This document shows, in pieces, positions 1 through 11,142 of a stretch of DNA of 64,000 nucleotides (the first letter of the stretch is position 1; every line of letters starts with the position of its first letter). The position numbers and the translations under genes were made by a program. This DNA is from Acidimicrobiaceae bacterium. GTDB lineage: Bacteria > Actinomycetota > Acidimicrobiia > Acidimicrobiales > Ilumatobacteraceae. Below the pieces are notes generated by a model. It did not search any database. It was not told the origin of the DNA and was given only the letters and a program-made list of their open reading frames with translations. The stretch spans positions 9,212 through 73,211 of the forward strand of contig JAHEDX010000010.1 in assembly GCA_024641005.1 (NCBI GenBank), given 5' to 3'.

Positions 1-948
1 GTCGGCGACATCAGCGACGTCTGGACCGGACTCGGCGACATGAGCGAAGGGTTCAAGAACGCCTCGACTGCGCTCGACGGCAAGCAGTACTTCGTTCCGT
101 TCTACTTCTACGCATGGGGCCTGCACTATCGCAAGAGCCTGTTCGAGGAGAAGGGCTACGCGATCCCGGTCACGTGGGACGAGTTCCTCGCCCTGTGCGA
201 GCAGATGAAGACCGACGGCATCACGCCGCTCGCCGGGGCCAATGACGGCCGTTGGCCCCAGATGGGCATGTTCGACATGCTCAACATGCGCGTCAACGGT
301 TACGACTTCCATGTCTCCCTGATGGGTGGCAAGGAGAGCTGGACCGACGACCGGGTCAAGGAAGTCTTCGCCAAGTGGGCCGAGCTGCTTCCGTACTACC
401 AGCCCGACGCGAACGGGCGCACGTGGCAGGACGGGGCCAACGTCATCGGAGACAAGTCGGCCGGCATGTTCCTGCTCGGCAACTTCATCACCAGCAACTT
501 CGACGGTGCGACCCAGCAGGACATCATCGACGACATCGATTTCTTCCTGTTCCCCGAGATCAACCCCGAGCACGGACAAGACGCGATCGAGGCCCCGATC
601 GACGGCTTCATGATGGCCGCCAGTCCCAAGAACGCCGACGGCTCCAAGGCCCTGCTCGGCTCGCTGGGTACGAAGGAAGCGGTCGAGGCGTACATCGGTG
701 TCGACCCGTCTGTCGTCGCAGCCAACGGCGCCGCCGACACCAGCGGGTACAACTCGCTGCAACAGAAGGCGGCCGAACTGGTCGGCGGTTCCAAGTACAT
801 CGCCCAGTTCCTCGACCGTGACACCGATCCGTCGTTCGCGGCAGACGTGGTGGGTATCGGCATCGCCGATTTCATCGCCGACCCGTCGAAGATCGACACG
901 ATCCTCGACACGATCGAGGCCCAGAAGGCGACGTACACCTTCGAGTGA
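1..948 (+). CDS. Carbohydrate ABC transporter extracellular solute-binding protein (5'-truncated by window edge)
   Basis: Frame is open from base 1; SBP family 1-like motifs (YRKSLFEEKGYAIPVTWDEFLALCEQMK, DIDFFLFP); directly upstream of two sugar permeases. Confidence 0.9.
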   Translation, partial: VGDISDVWTGLGDMSEGFKNASTALDGKQYFVPFYFYAWGLHYRKSLFEEKGYAIPVTWDEFLALCEQMKTDGITPLAGANDGRWPQMGMFDMLNMRVNGYDFHVSLMGGKESWTDDRVKEVFAKWAELLPYYQPDANGRTWQDGANVIGDKSAGMFLLGNFITSNFDGATQQDIIDDIDFFLFPEINPEHGQDAIEAPIDGFMMAASPKNADGSKALLGSLGTKEAVEAYIGVDPSVVAANGAADTSGYNSLQQKAAELVGGSKYIAQFLDRDTDPSFAADVVGIGIADFIADPSKIDTILDTIEAQKATYTFE

Positions 949-975
949 TCCTGAAGGTGTGACAAGCTGCGGCCG

Positions 976-1986
976 ATGACGGTCACCGACCATATCGACG
1001 ATACGACGCCGGCGGTAGATCCCCCTGCAAGGGGACGCCGCCGGCGTCGGCGTCGCTACACCACCCTCAGCAAGGGTGACCGCTTCTGGCTGGGGGTAAT
1101 GGTCGGTGTGCCGGCCTTCTTGCACCTCATCCTGGTGTGGGTCCCGGCGCTGGCGACGACGGCGCTGTCGTTCACCGAGTGGGACAACCTCGCGCCCTTG
1201 ACCGATATCCGCGCGGTCGGGTTCCAGAACTACTGGTTCATCTTCACGGTGTTCGACACCAACCTGTTTCCGGCGCTGTTCAACAACTTCATCCTGGTGT
1301 TCTGGTTGTTCTTCTGCTCGGCGATCGGCATGTTGCTCGCCTACCTGCTCGACAAGAACCTGCGCGGCGGCCGGGTCTACCAAAGCATCTACTACTTCCC
1401 CGTCGTGCTGTCGCTCGCCGTGGTCGGGTTCATCTGGAAGAGCACCATGTTCTCCCGCGATCGCGGCCTCCTCAATGTCATCTGGCCGGGGGAACCGATC
1501 GACTTCGTGGGCGACGGAACCAAGATCTTCCAGTTCGACATCCCGTTCCTCGACTTCCCGCTCGGGTTGTCACGCAACTTCGCAGCCCTGCTGATCGCCA
1601 TGGCCTGGCGCCACATCGGCTACATCATGGTGATGTACCTGGCCGGCCTGAAGGGAGTCGACCCCGCCCTCCGCGAGGCCGCGTCGATCGACGGCTGCAA
1701 CGAATGGCAGAGCTTCCGCAACGTGGTGTTCCCGGCGCTCAAGCCGATCAACGTCGTGGTCGCGGTGATCACCGTGATCGAGGCACTGCGGGCCTACGAC
1801 ATCATCGCCGCCCTCAACGAGCCGCGAGGCACCGAGGTGATGGGCACCCTGGTCACCAAGAGCCTGCTGGGTGAAGGCGGGGGACGCGTGGGGATCGGGT
1901 CCGCCTACGGCGTGGTCCTGTTGCTGCTGTGCCTCGGCTTCATCATCTGGTACGTCTACAACCACTACCGAGAGACCGAACAATGA
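976..1986 (+). CDS. Carbohydrate ABC transporter permease
   Basis: Multiple TM segments; EAA loop (LREAASIDGCNEWQSFRNVVFP). Confidence 0.93.
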   Translation: MTVTDHIDDTTPAVDPPARGRRRRRRRYTTLSKGDRFWLGVMVGVPAFLHLILVWVPALATTALSFTEWDNLAPLTDIRAVGFQNYWFIFTVFDTNLFPALFNNFILVFWLFFCSAIGMLLAYLLDKNLRGGRVYQSIYYFPVVLSLAVVGFIWKSTMFSRDRGLLNVIWPGEPIDFVGDGTKIFQFDIPFLDFPLGLSRNFAALLIAMAWRHIGYIMVMYLAGLKGVDPALREAASIDGCNEWQSFRNVVFPALKPINVVVAVITVIEALRAYDIIAALNEPRGTEVMGTLVTKSLLGEGGGRVGIGSAYGVVLLLLCLGFIIWYVYNHYRETEQ

Positions 1987-2909
1987 GCACTGCGACCGCA
2001 GACTCCGTGTCCGATCAGGAACTCGTGCGCCGCAGCGACGGGAGGCGGATCAGGCCGGCCAGGATCCTGTTGCACACCTTCTTGATCACCGTGGCGATCG
2101 CCTGGCTGATCCCGATCGGTACCGCGATCTACAACTCGTTCCGGTTCTACGAGTCGGACACGCAGGTCAACGGGCCCTTCTCTGCGCCCGACACGTTGAC
2201 GCTTCAGAACTATCGCGACGCATGGAACGTCGGCGAGATGGGCAAGACGTTCGGCAACACGGCGTTCATCGTGATCCCGGCACTCTTCATCACCTTGTTC
2301 CTGTCTGCCGCGGTCGCCTTTGCCTGCACCCGCTTCAGCTGGAAGTTCAACATCGCCTTCCTCGTCTTGTTCACCGCCGGCAACCTGATGCCGCAGCAGG
2401 TGCTGTTCCAGCCTCTGTTCCAGATCTACAAGCGGGTGCCCTGGCCCGACATCCTGTCCGACACCAACACCGGCAACCTGCTCGGCACCAAGATCGCCGT
2501 GATCCTGATCCACATCGCCTTCCAGGTCGGGTTCTGCACCTTCGTGCTGGCGAACTACATGAAGACGATCCCCAAAGAGCTCGGCGAAGCTGCCGCCGTC
2601 GACGGAGCCGGCGTCTTGAGGCAGTTCTTCCAGGTCATCCTCCCACTGACCCGACCGGCTCTCGCAGCGCTCGCGACGCTCGAGTTCACCTGGTTGTACA
2701 ACGACTTCTTCTGGGGCGCCGTCCTGCTCAACCAGGGCGACGAGCGCCCGATCACGTCGTCGATCGCCGTCCTCAACGGCCAGTACGCGACCGACTTCAA
2801 CCTGATCGCTGCAGCATCGATCATGATCGCCCTGCCGACACTGGTCGTCTACCTCATCCTGCAGAAGCAGTTCATCTCGGGCCTCACGCTCGGCGCAAAC
2901 AAGGGCTGA
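1983..2909 (+). CDS. Carbohydrate ABC transporter permease
   Basis: ATGA overlap with the upstream stop; EAA loop (ELGEAAAVDGAG); C-terminal QKQFISGLTLGANKG. Confidence 0.93.
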   Translation: MSTATADSVSDQELVRRSDGRRIRPARILLHTFLITVAIAWLIPIGTAIYNSFRFYESDTQVNGPFSAPDTLTLQNYRDAWNVGEMGKTFGNTAFIVIPALFITLFLSAAVAFACTRFSWKFNIAFLVLFTAGNLMPQQVLFQPLFQIYKRVPWPDILSDTNTGNLLGTKIAVILIHIAFQVGFCTFVLANYMKTIPKELGEAAAVDGAGVLRQFFQVILPLTRPALAALATLEFTWLYNDFFWGAVLLNQGDERPITSSIAVLNGQYATDFNLIAAASIMIALPTLVVYLILQKQFISGLTLGANKG

Positions 2910-2910
2910 C

Positions 2911-5049
2911 GTGGACACGCCAGCTGGGGCGCCCGACACCCGAATGGAACTGATCCACCTCCGCGGACGTAGCAGCGACATCGTCGTCGATACCGCCCAA
3001 GGCGCCCCCGTCATCGTCCATTGGGGCGCGCCGCTGGGTGCCGAGACCGATCCATCTGCGTTCGGTACGGCCGGGGAACGCCCACTCGTCCATGGCTCAC
3101 CCGATGTCGTGGCACCGATCTCCGTCGTGCCCGAGCACGGATCCGGTTTTCCGGGCCGCCCGGGATTGCGGGGGCACCGACGCCGAGGCGTCGCATGGGC
3201 GCCTCGATTCGTGCCGGCCGGCCACGAGTTGGATGGCCACCGCCTCACCGTCACCGCCCGCGATGACGTGGCAGCGCTCGTGCTCACGGTCGTGTTCGAA
3301 CTGGACGACGCCCTGGTCGTGCAGGCCGAGATCACGAACACCAGCCCCACCGAGCGGTACCTGCTCGACTCGTTGTCGATCACCCTGCCGGTTCCGCAAC
3401 AGGCCGCCGAGATCGGAACGTTCACGGGGCGTTGGACCCGGGAGTTCCACCCCGTTCGTGTGCCGTGGCCCCACGGGGCATTCACGTACGAGAACCGGCG
3501 CGGTCGCGCCTCCCACGAGCATCCGCCATTGATCTTCGCCGGAACGCCTGCGTTCGCCGAATGGCAGGGCTCGGTGTGGGGTGCTCATCTGGCGTGGAGC
3601 GGCAACCACACAGGGTTCGCCGAGCGCCTCCCCGACGGTCGTCGCTATCTCCAGATGGGCGAGCTGCTGCACCCTGGCGAGCTGTCGCTCGAGCCGGGTC
3701 AGTCGTACCGCACGCCAGAGGTCATCGCGGTGCACAGCGACGCAGGACTCACGGCGGCGACGCAACAGTTCCACCGGCACCTCCGCGCCCGACCCTCCCA
3801 CCCCGCCGGGCCGCGGCCGGTGCTCGTGAACACCTGGGAGGCGGTCTACTTCGACCACGACCTCGATCGATTGCGAGAACTGGCCGACCGCGCCGCCCGC
3901 GTGGGCATCGAACGCTTCGTGCTCGACGACGGGTGGTTCGCCGGCCGACGGGACGACACCAGGGGGCTGGGCGACTGGTGGGTGTCCCCCGATGCTCACC
4001 CGAACGGCCTCGGCCCACTGATCGAACACGTCACCGGTCTCGGCATGGAGTTCGGCATCTGGGTCGAACCCGAGATGGTCAGTCCGGACAGCGAGCTGTA
4101 CCGGGCCCATCCCGAGTGGGCACTCACCACCGACGGGTACGAGCCGGTGCTCGCCCGCCATCAGCTCGTTCTCGACCTGGCTCGACCGGCTGCGTTCACA
4201 CACGTGTTCGAGCAGCTCGACGCATTGCTGCGCGACCACGCGATCTCGTTCGTGAAATGGGACATGAACCGCGACCACATCGGTGGCAGCGGTGCCGACG
4301 GCGCTGCCGGGTCGCACGCCCAGACGGTGGCCGTGTACCGCTTGCTCGATCTGCTGCGCGACCGCCACCCCCAAGTCGAGATCGAGAGCTGCTCGTCGGG
4401 TGGGGCCCGCGTCGACCACGAGATCCTGCGTCGAACCTCACGAGTGTGGACCAGCGACTGCAATGACGCGCTCGAACGGCAGACGATCCAGCTCGGTGCG
4501 TCGATGTTGATCCCACCCGAGCTGATGGGCGCCCACATCGGCCCCGAACGATCGCACACGACCGGGCGCCGGCACGACCTCGCGTTCCGGGCCGCGACCG
4601 CGCTGTTCGGCCATCTCGGCGTCGAATGGAACCTGTTGTCGCTCACGGACGCCGAGCTCGATGCGCTGCACGAGATCGTGACGCTGCACCAACGGTTCCG
4701 CCCGCTGCTGCACGCCGGCGACTCGGTGCGATTCGACACCGAGGATGCGTACGTCGCCCATGGCGTCTATGCCACCGACCGGTCCGAGGCGCTCGTCAGC
4801 TTCGCGGTCGTGACCACATCGGCCGGCCTCATCCCGCCGCCGTTACGCATGCCGGGGCTCGAACCCGACCGGCAGTATCGGGTCGAACGCCTGCCGCTTC
4901 CCGGCGAACGTCTCGGACCCAACCGGTCGATACCGACATGGATGAGCGGCGGTGTGACGATGACGGGCAGACAGCTCGGCGATTTCGGACTTCAACTCCC
5001 CGCCCTGCACCCCGAGTCCGCTCTCATCCTGCGCTGCGTCGCGCTCTGA
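2911..5049 (+). CDS. Alpha-galactosidase, GH36 family
   Basis: NTWEAVYFD, FVLDDGWF, FGIWVEPEMV, FVKWDMNR (nucleophile), ESCSSGGAR, WTSDCND motifs; alternative start ATG 2944. Confidence 0.95.
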   Translation: MDTPAGAPDTRMELIHLRGRSSDIVVDTAQGAPVIVHWGAPLGAETDPSAFGTAGERPLVHGSPDVVAPISVVPEHGSGFPGRPGLRGHRRRGVAWAPRFVPAGHELDGHRLTVTARDDVAALVLTVVFELDDALVVQAEITNTSPTERYLLDSLSITLPVPQQAAEIGTFTGRWTREFHPVRVPWPHGAFTYENRRGRASHEHPPLIFAGTPAFAEWQGSVWGAHLAWSGNHTGFAERLPDGRRYLQMGELLHPGELSLEPGQSYRTPEVIAVHSDAGLTAATQQFHRHLRARPSHPAGPRPVLVNTWEAVYFDHDLDRLRELADRAARVGIERFVLDDGWFAGRRDDTRGLGDWWVSPDAHPNGLGPLIEHVTGLGMEFGIWVEPEMVSPDSELYRAHPEWALTTDGYEPVLARHQLVLDLARPAAFTHVFEQLDALLRDHAISFVKWDMNRDHIGGSGADGAAGSHAQTVAVYRLLDLLRDRHPQVEIESCSSGGARVDHEILRRTSRVWTSDCNDALERQTIQLGASMLIPPELMGAHIGPERSHTTGRRHDLAFRAATALFGHLGVEWNLLSLTDAELDALHEIVTLHQRFRPLLHAGDSVRFDTEDAYVAHGVYATDRSEALVSFAVVTTSAGLIPPPLRMPGLEPDRQYRVERLPLPGERLGPNRSIPTWMSGGVTMTGRQLGDFGLQLPALHPESALILRCVAL

Positions 5050-5191
5050 CCTCAGGGGTCTGGGCGTGGGCCCTCATCCCCATTTGTGGGCTCGTGCTGG
5101 CCCTGCCCCGCTCGGCCGCCTACGATGGCGCTGCCATCACCCTGACCGCATCTTCCAGCTGCTCGCTGGTGTCATCACCCAAGGAGCTCCC

Positions 5192-6364
<1,173 letters not shown>

Positions 6365-6473
6365 GCACACGGCAGCCTGTCATGCCGAAGGCCGGCATCG
6401 CGCCGTCACAATGGTCGGCGCGGTCTGCGGGACCACGGTCGACGACTTCGATGCTGCCACGGCAACCCGTCGC

Positions 6474-7370
6474 TCACTCCACGACGGTGATGACCACCAT
6501 GGCCTGAACGGCACGCGCCCGGTCGAGATCTGGCCGGGGTCGAACGGTTCGCCGCGTGCCCACTACATGGACCTCCATCAGCGGTTCCACGTCGGAACAT
6601 CGCACGAGTGCCTTGGCCCGGATGACGGCCGTCGACAACGAATCCACGATCGACGACAGCTCGTCGCGCGTCACCGACCCCAGTTCGACCAGCCGAGTCA
6701 CATGATGATCCGGCCGCGTACCACCCAGAGAAGGCAGCGCCTGGAGGCGATCCGCCTCGCCGACCACCGCGATCGGCCCGCTGAGCCCGAGCAGCACATC
6801 GACATCGATCACACCGTCGACGACGTCGAGAATCGGTGCCGACGAAACCGCTCGTATCCGTCGTCGTGCAGCTGAGCCACCGTCAGCGGCGATGTCAGAC
6901 TTGGTGAGCATCACCAAGTCGGCGGCTCGGAGCTGCTCGCCGATCGTGTCACCCACGAACGGACGCTCGCAGAGCTCGGCGAGTTGGTCGGCGTCGGCGG
7001 CAACCACGATGCCATCGAGCCGGAAGCCGGTCGTGTTCGCCCACGGGGCCACGCGCGCCGGTTCGCCCACACCGCTCAGCTCCATCAGCACACAGTCGGG
7101 CGCTTCGGGCATCTCTCGTATCTGTTCGAGCGTTCGGGCGAAATCGTCGGCGATCGCACAACACACACAGCCGTTGGTCAGCGACAGCGTGGTGCCGTCA
7201 TGATCGGCGATGAGCGCTGCGTCGATGTTGACCGAAGCGACATCGTTCACCAGCACTACGATCCGCCGACCGCCTGCGTTGCCGACGACATGGTTGACGA
7301 TGGTGGTCTTGCCGGCCCCCAAGTAGCCGCCGAGCAGGGTGAACGGCACCCGGCGGCCGTTCCACAACAT
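6474..7370 (-). CDS. CobW/COG0523 family GTPase (metallochaperone)
   Basis: GYLGAGKTT Walker A, GCVCC metal motif, ELSGV, TKSD; CobW_C-like tail (IRAKA). Confidence 0.88.
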   Translation of the reverse strand: MLWNGRRVPFTLLGGYLGAGKTTIVNHVVGNAGGRRIVVLVNDVASVNIDAALIADHDGTTLSLTNGCVCCAIADDFARTLEQIREMPEAPDCVLMELSGVGEPARVAPWANTTGFRLDGIVVAADADQLAELCERPFVGDTIGEQLRAADLVMLTKSDIAADGGSAARRRIRAVSSAPILDVVDGVIDVDVLLGLSGPIAVVGEADRLQALPSLGGTRPDHHVTRLVELGSVTRDELSSIVDSLSTAVIRAKALVRCSDVEPLMEVHVVGTRRTVRPRPDLDRARAVQAMVVITVVE

Positions 7371-7386
7371 CAGCCGAACCTCGGGA

Positions 7387-9060
7387 TCACGGTGCTGTGA
7401 TCTCGCCACCGACCATCGTGGCGATCACGTCGATGTCTTTGATCACCATCGGGTCGACGTCATAGGGATCGTCGGCGAGAGCGACGAAGTCGGCCAGCTT
7501 GCCAGCCTGGATCGTGCCGATCTCGTGATCCAACCGCAGCTGGTGAGCAGCATCGATCGTGACCGCACGCAACGCCCGATCGACCGACACCCGTTCGTCA
7601 GGGCCGAGCACGTCGCCGCTCGCTGTGACACGGTTGACCGCGCACCACATCGTGTGCAGGCTGCCGAGCGGCGTCACCGATGCGTCGGAATGAACGCTGT
7701 ACCTCACCCCTTCGCGGTCCGCAGTCGCACAAGCATCCATGCGGGCGGCCCGGTCGGGGCCGACCGTGATCGCCCGGTGCTGGTCGCCCCAGTAGAAGAT
7801 GTGGTTGGAGAAGATGTTGGCGTTCATCCCGAGCCGGGCCATGCGCCGATACTGAGCAGCGGTGGTGAGCTGGGTGTGCTGCGCCGTGTGACGATGGTCG
7901 AACCAGCTGTGCTTCGCCAGCGCTGCGTCGACGGTGTCGAGCAACAGATCGACCGCCTGATCGCCGTTCACGTGGGTGTGCACGGTGACGTGGGCGCGAT
8001 GGAACGCCTCGAACCAGGCCGAGAACTGCTCGGGCTCGATCAGCCAGATGCCGTTCGGTCGCTCGGTTCCATCCGGGTGCGGCAGATATCCGGGCGGATT
8101 GAGGCGCGCCGTGAACCCCTGGATCGAACCGTCGAGGACCATCTTCACCAATCCGAAACGCACCTTGGGCGTCGAGCTGTCTCGGATCGCCACCGCGTGA
8201 CGGGCGATCTCGTCCGGCGTCCCCTGCTGCCCCCTGGCCGGGTTCAGCAGCGGCACGAGTCGGGCCGGGAAACCGTCCGCGGAAGCGGCCTCGGTCCAGA
8301 GGGCGAGATCGTCGTCCCCGGCGAGACGTGACGCGCCGAGCTCGGTGACGGTCGTGCAACCGACGACGCGCGCCATGTCGGCGAATCGGCGCAGCGATGC
8401 CGGGTCGCCGAGCTGGCCGAACAGCAACGCCATCTCGCGCCGGGCGAGCGACATCGCAGGTGGCTCCTGGAGCTCGCCGATCGCGCGCCCGTCGCCACCC
8501 ACCGGCACACCCTCGACGTCGCAACCATCGGCGAAACCCTCGCGTTCCATCAGCGCCGTGTTCACCGTGATCAGGTGCAAGCTGGCATGGATGACACAGA
8601 TCGGTCGTGTCGACGACACCACGTCGAGGTGTCGGGCCGCCAACCTCTCGCCACCGAAGTAGATCGGGTCGAACCCCCAGACGATCAACGACTCGGTCGG
8701 ATCGTCGAGTTCGGCATCGAGGCGGCGTAGCAGGTCGACCAGGGCGTCGAACGACTGGCAGCCCGGTCGGCGCTCGCCGTCGGGGCCGAGCCGGGGGAAG
8801 AAGCCAGCGTACTCCCACGCCCAGATCGCCCCCTCGAGCGAATGCGAATGTGCCTCGACGAAACCGGGCAAGAGCACGCTGTCGGCAAAGGTGTCGTCGA
8901 CCCGCAGCGGGCCCCAGGCGGCGCGCATTTCGTCGACGGTGCCGACCCCGAGAATCAGCCCGTCACGAACCGCGACCGCCTCGGCGACCGGTACTGCGTG
9001 GTCGAGCGTGACGACGCGGCGTGCTCGATGGATGACACCCGGTTGCGACATGGCATTCAT
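7387..9060 (-). CDS. Metal-dependent amidohydrolase (Amidohydro_3, YtcJ/NfdA-like)
   Basis: PGFVEAHSH, KMVLDGSIQG, HTHVNGD, QHTQ, HSDA, GTIQAGKLADFV motifs. Confidence 0.9.
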   Translation of the reverse strand: MNAMSQPGVIHRARRVVTLDHAVPVAEAVAVRDGLILGVGTVDEMRAAWGPLRVDDTFADSVLLPGFVEAHSHSLEGAIWAWEYAGFFPRLGPDGERRPGCQSFDALVDLLRRLDAELDDPTESLIVWGFDPIYFGGERLAARHLDVVSSTRPICVIHASLHLITVNTALMEREGFADGCDVEGVPVGGDGRAIGELQEPPAMSLARREMALLFGQLGDPASLRRFADMARVVGCTTVTELGASRLAGDDDLALWTEAASADGFPARLVPLLNPARGQQGTPDEIARHAVAIRDSSTPKVRFGLVKMVLDGSIQGFTARLNPPGYLPHPDGTERPNGIWLIEPEQFSAWFEAFHRAHVTVHTHVNGDQAVDLLLDTVDAALAKHSWFDHRHTAQHTQLTTAAQYRRMARLGMNANIFSNHIFYWGDQHRAITVGPDRAARMDACATADREGVRYSVHSDASVTPLGSLHTMWCAVNRVTASGDVLGPDERVSVDRALRAVTIDAAHQLRLDHEIGTIQAGKLADFVALADDPYDVDPMVIKDIDVIATMVGGEITAP

Positions 9061-9077
9061 CCTGCCACCACAATGGG

Positions 9078-10304
9078 ATGATGGCCGACGCCGAACTCGC
9101 AGCGCTGCGGCGCCGGTTGTACCTGTTGGCGTTCGTCGACGAGTTCGGACCCGTCTACGCGGTCTACACCCTGTGGTTCAACGACAACGGCATCTCGACT
9201 TCGCAGATCTCGACGGTGTTCCTGGTGTGGGCGGCGATCGGTTTGACTCTCGAGATCCCGAGCGGCGCACTCGCCGATCGCGTCGACCGCCGCTCTGTGC
9301 TGGCGTCGGCGTTCGGGATTCGGGCCGTCGGGATCGGGCTGTGGCTGATGTGGCCGACGTTCACGGGCGTCCTGATAGGGGCCGCGTTGTGGGCCACGCA
9401 CGACGCGCTCGCGAGCGGTTCGTGGGAGGCGATGATCCATGACGAGCTGACGGCGATCGGGGCCGAACGGCGATATCCGAAGGTGATGGCTCGGATCGGT
9501 CAGTTCAGCAATCTCGGCGTCGCCGCCGGCACGATGCTCGGAGCGGGGCTGTTGCGGCTCGACGTCGGACTTCCGGCCCTCGGGTGGATCACCGTCGCAG
9601 CCCATGCGGGATCGATCACGCTCGTCGCCACGCTGCCCGATGTGACCTGGGTGACTCGCGGCAGCGGGCACCGCGAGGGCATCGAGGCAACATCGCCGTA
9701 TGCAGCCTGGTGGACGACGCTGCGACATGGTGTGGCGGAGGCGCGACACACGCCGTTGGTGGCCCGGTTGATCGTGGTGGGAGCGATGCTCGAAGGCCTG
9801 TTCCTCCTCGACGAATACATCCCACTGGTCGTTCGGGATCGCGGCGGATCGGATTCGAGCGCTCCGATCATCGTGTTCGTCATCTGGGTCGGCCTGCTGG
9901 CCGGGGGCGAGATCGCTGCACGGCACCCGGACCTGCCGGGGCGGATGCTGGGTACGGGGTTGATCATCGGTTCGGGTGTGATGGCACTCGCGTTCGTCGC
10001 CGACTCGGTGTGGTCGCTGGCACTGGTCGGGTTCGGCTACTGCACCCTCGAAATGACGTGGATAGCCGCCGACGCGAGATTGCAGGAACGCACGCCGTCG
10101 GCGACGAGAGCCACCGTCACGAGCGTTCGTGGCTTCGGTTCGGCGAGCGTCGCCATGGCGGCGTTCGCCGTCGTCGCAGTGTTGTCAGACGGCGACGACC
10201 CGACACCGGGACTGTTCGTGATGTTGGCGGCGATCGGTATCGCCGGGTTCTTGATCATCCGGTGGCTGCCAGAGCGACGTGCGTCGACAACCACCGAGGC
10301 CTGA
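9078..10304 (+). CDS. MFS transporter
   Basis: About 12 hydrophobic segments; motif A EIPSGALADRVDRR; true start may be ATG 9081. Confidence 0.88.
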   Translation: MMADAELAALRRRLYLLAFVDEFGPVYAVYTLWFNDNGISTSQISTVFLVWAAIGLTLEIPSGALADRVDRRSVLASAFGIRAVGIGLWLMWPTFTGVLIGAALWATHDALASGSWEAMIHDELTAIGAERRYPKVMARIGQFSNLGVAAGTMLGAGLLRLDVGLPALGWITVAAHAGSITLVATLPDVTWVTRGSGHREGIEATSPYAAWWTTLRHGVAEARHTPLVARLIVVGAMLEGLFLLDEYIPLVVRDRGGSDSSAPIIVFVIWVGLLAGGEIAARHPDLPGRMLGTGLIIGSGVMALAFVADSVWSLALVGFGYCTLEMTWIAADARLQERTPSATRATVTSVRGFGSASVAMAAFAVVAVLSDGDDPTPGLFVMLAAIGIAGFLIIRWLPERRASTTTEA

Positions 10305-10354
10305 CGCCACGAATGGCCACGATGCCGCAGCGACCCGGTGAGCGTGGTGGCGCG

Positions 10355-11083
10355 TCAGAAGGCGGTGGTGCAGAAGGTGTCGCCGGCGGCGCGGCTGGAC
10401 TCGGTGGTGACGTCCCCGAGTACACCATCGGTGAGCTCGCCCAGCATGCCGCGCACCATGCCGCGATCGACAGCGCAGATGACGGGATGCTCGACCGCCA
10501 CGTCACCGAACGGGCAGTGATCGTTGATGATCCGAAGTTGGTCGTTGCGACTGTCGGCGTGAGCCGCGAACCCATGTGCCGTCAGAGCGTCGGCCACCGC
10601 CTGGATCGCAGAGCGCATCGATCGGTGGCCGTGCTCGAGCGCGTCTCCGTTGAGACCGGCGGCCATCGCCCTGCCGTACTCGGCGCCGACTTCTTCGGCC
10701 ATCGCCTCGGCCTCGGCGGCCGAGAGGCGCGTCAACGCCCGACCGAGCAGTGACAGCACGAGGTCGTCGCTGCGAACCGGGAACTCGGTGACCGCATCGG
10801 CCACAGCGAGGTACCGCTTGGACGGCCGGCCGGCACCGCCGCCGTGCACCTTGCCCGTGTGCACCTCGAGGTAGCCGCCTGCCGCCAACTTCTCGAGGTG
10901 GTGACGGGCAACGTTGGGGTGAACACCGACTTCGTCGGCGACCGCCGACGTGGTCACCCCGAACTCACCACCCGGCCGGTCGGCCTGCTCGCGTACATAG
11001 AGATAGATGCTGCGGCGCGTCGGGTCTCCGAACGCGTCGGTGATCGCCGACACGGTGGCGGTGAACGCAGCGCTGGTCCCCAT
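10355..11083 (-). CDS. HTH transcriptional regulator, SufR-like (ArsR-type wHTH plus Cys-containing C-terminal domain)
   Basis: DPTRRSIY...HPNVARHHLEKL...GRPSKRY; C-terminal HCPF...C(x12)C...C. Confidence 0.8.
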   Translation of the reverse strand: MGTSAAFTATVSAITDAFGDPTRRSIYLYVREQADRPGGEFGVTTSAVADEVGVHPNVARHHLEKLAAGGYLEVHTGKVHGGGAGRPSKRYLAVADAVTEFPVRSDDLVLSLLGRALTRLSAAEAEAMAEEVGAEYGRAMAAGLNGDALEHGHRSMRSAIQAVADALTAHGFAAHADSRNDQLRIINDHCPFGDVAVEHPVICAVDRGMVRGMLGELTDGVLGDVTTESSRAAGDTFCTTAF

Positions 11084-11142
11084 CTCCGAGATTCTACTAT
11101 CCGCATAGTGCAAACCCTGGACGGGGTCGCCACAATGGGCGC

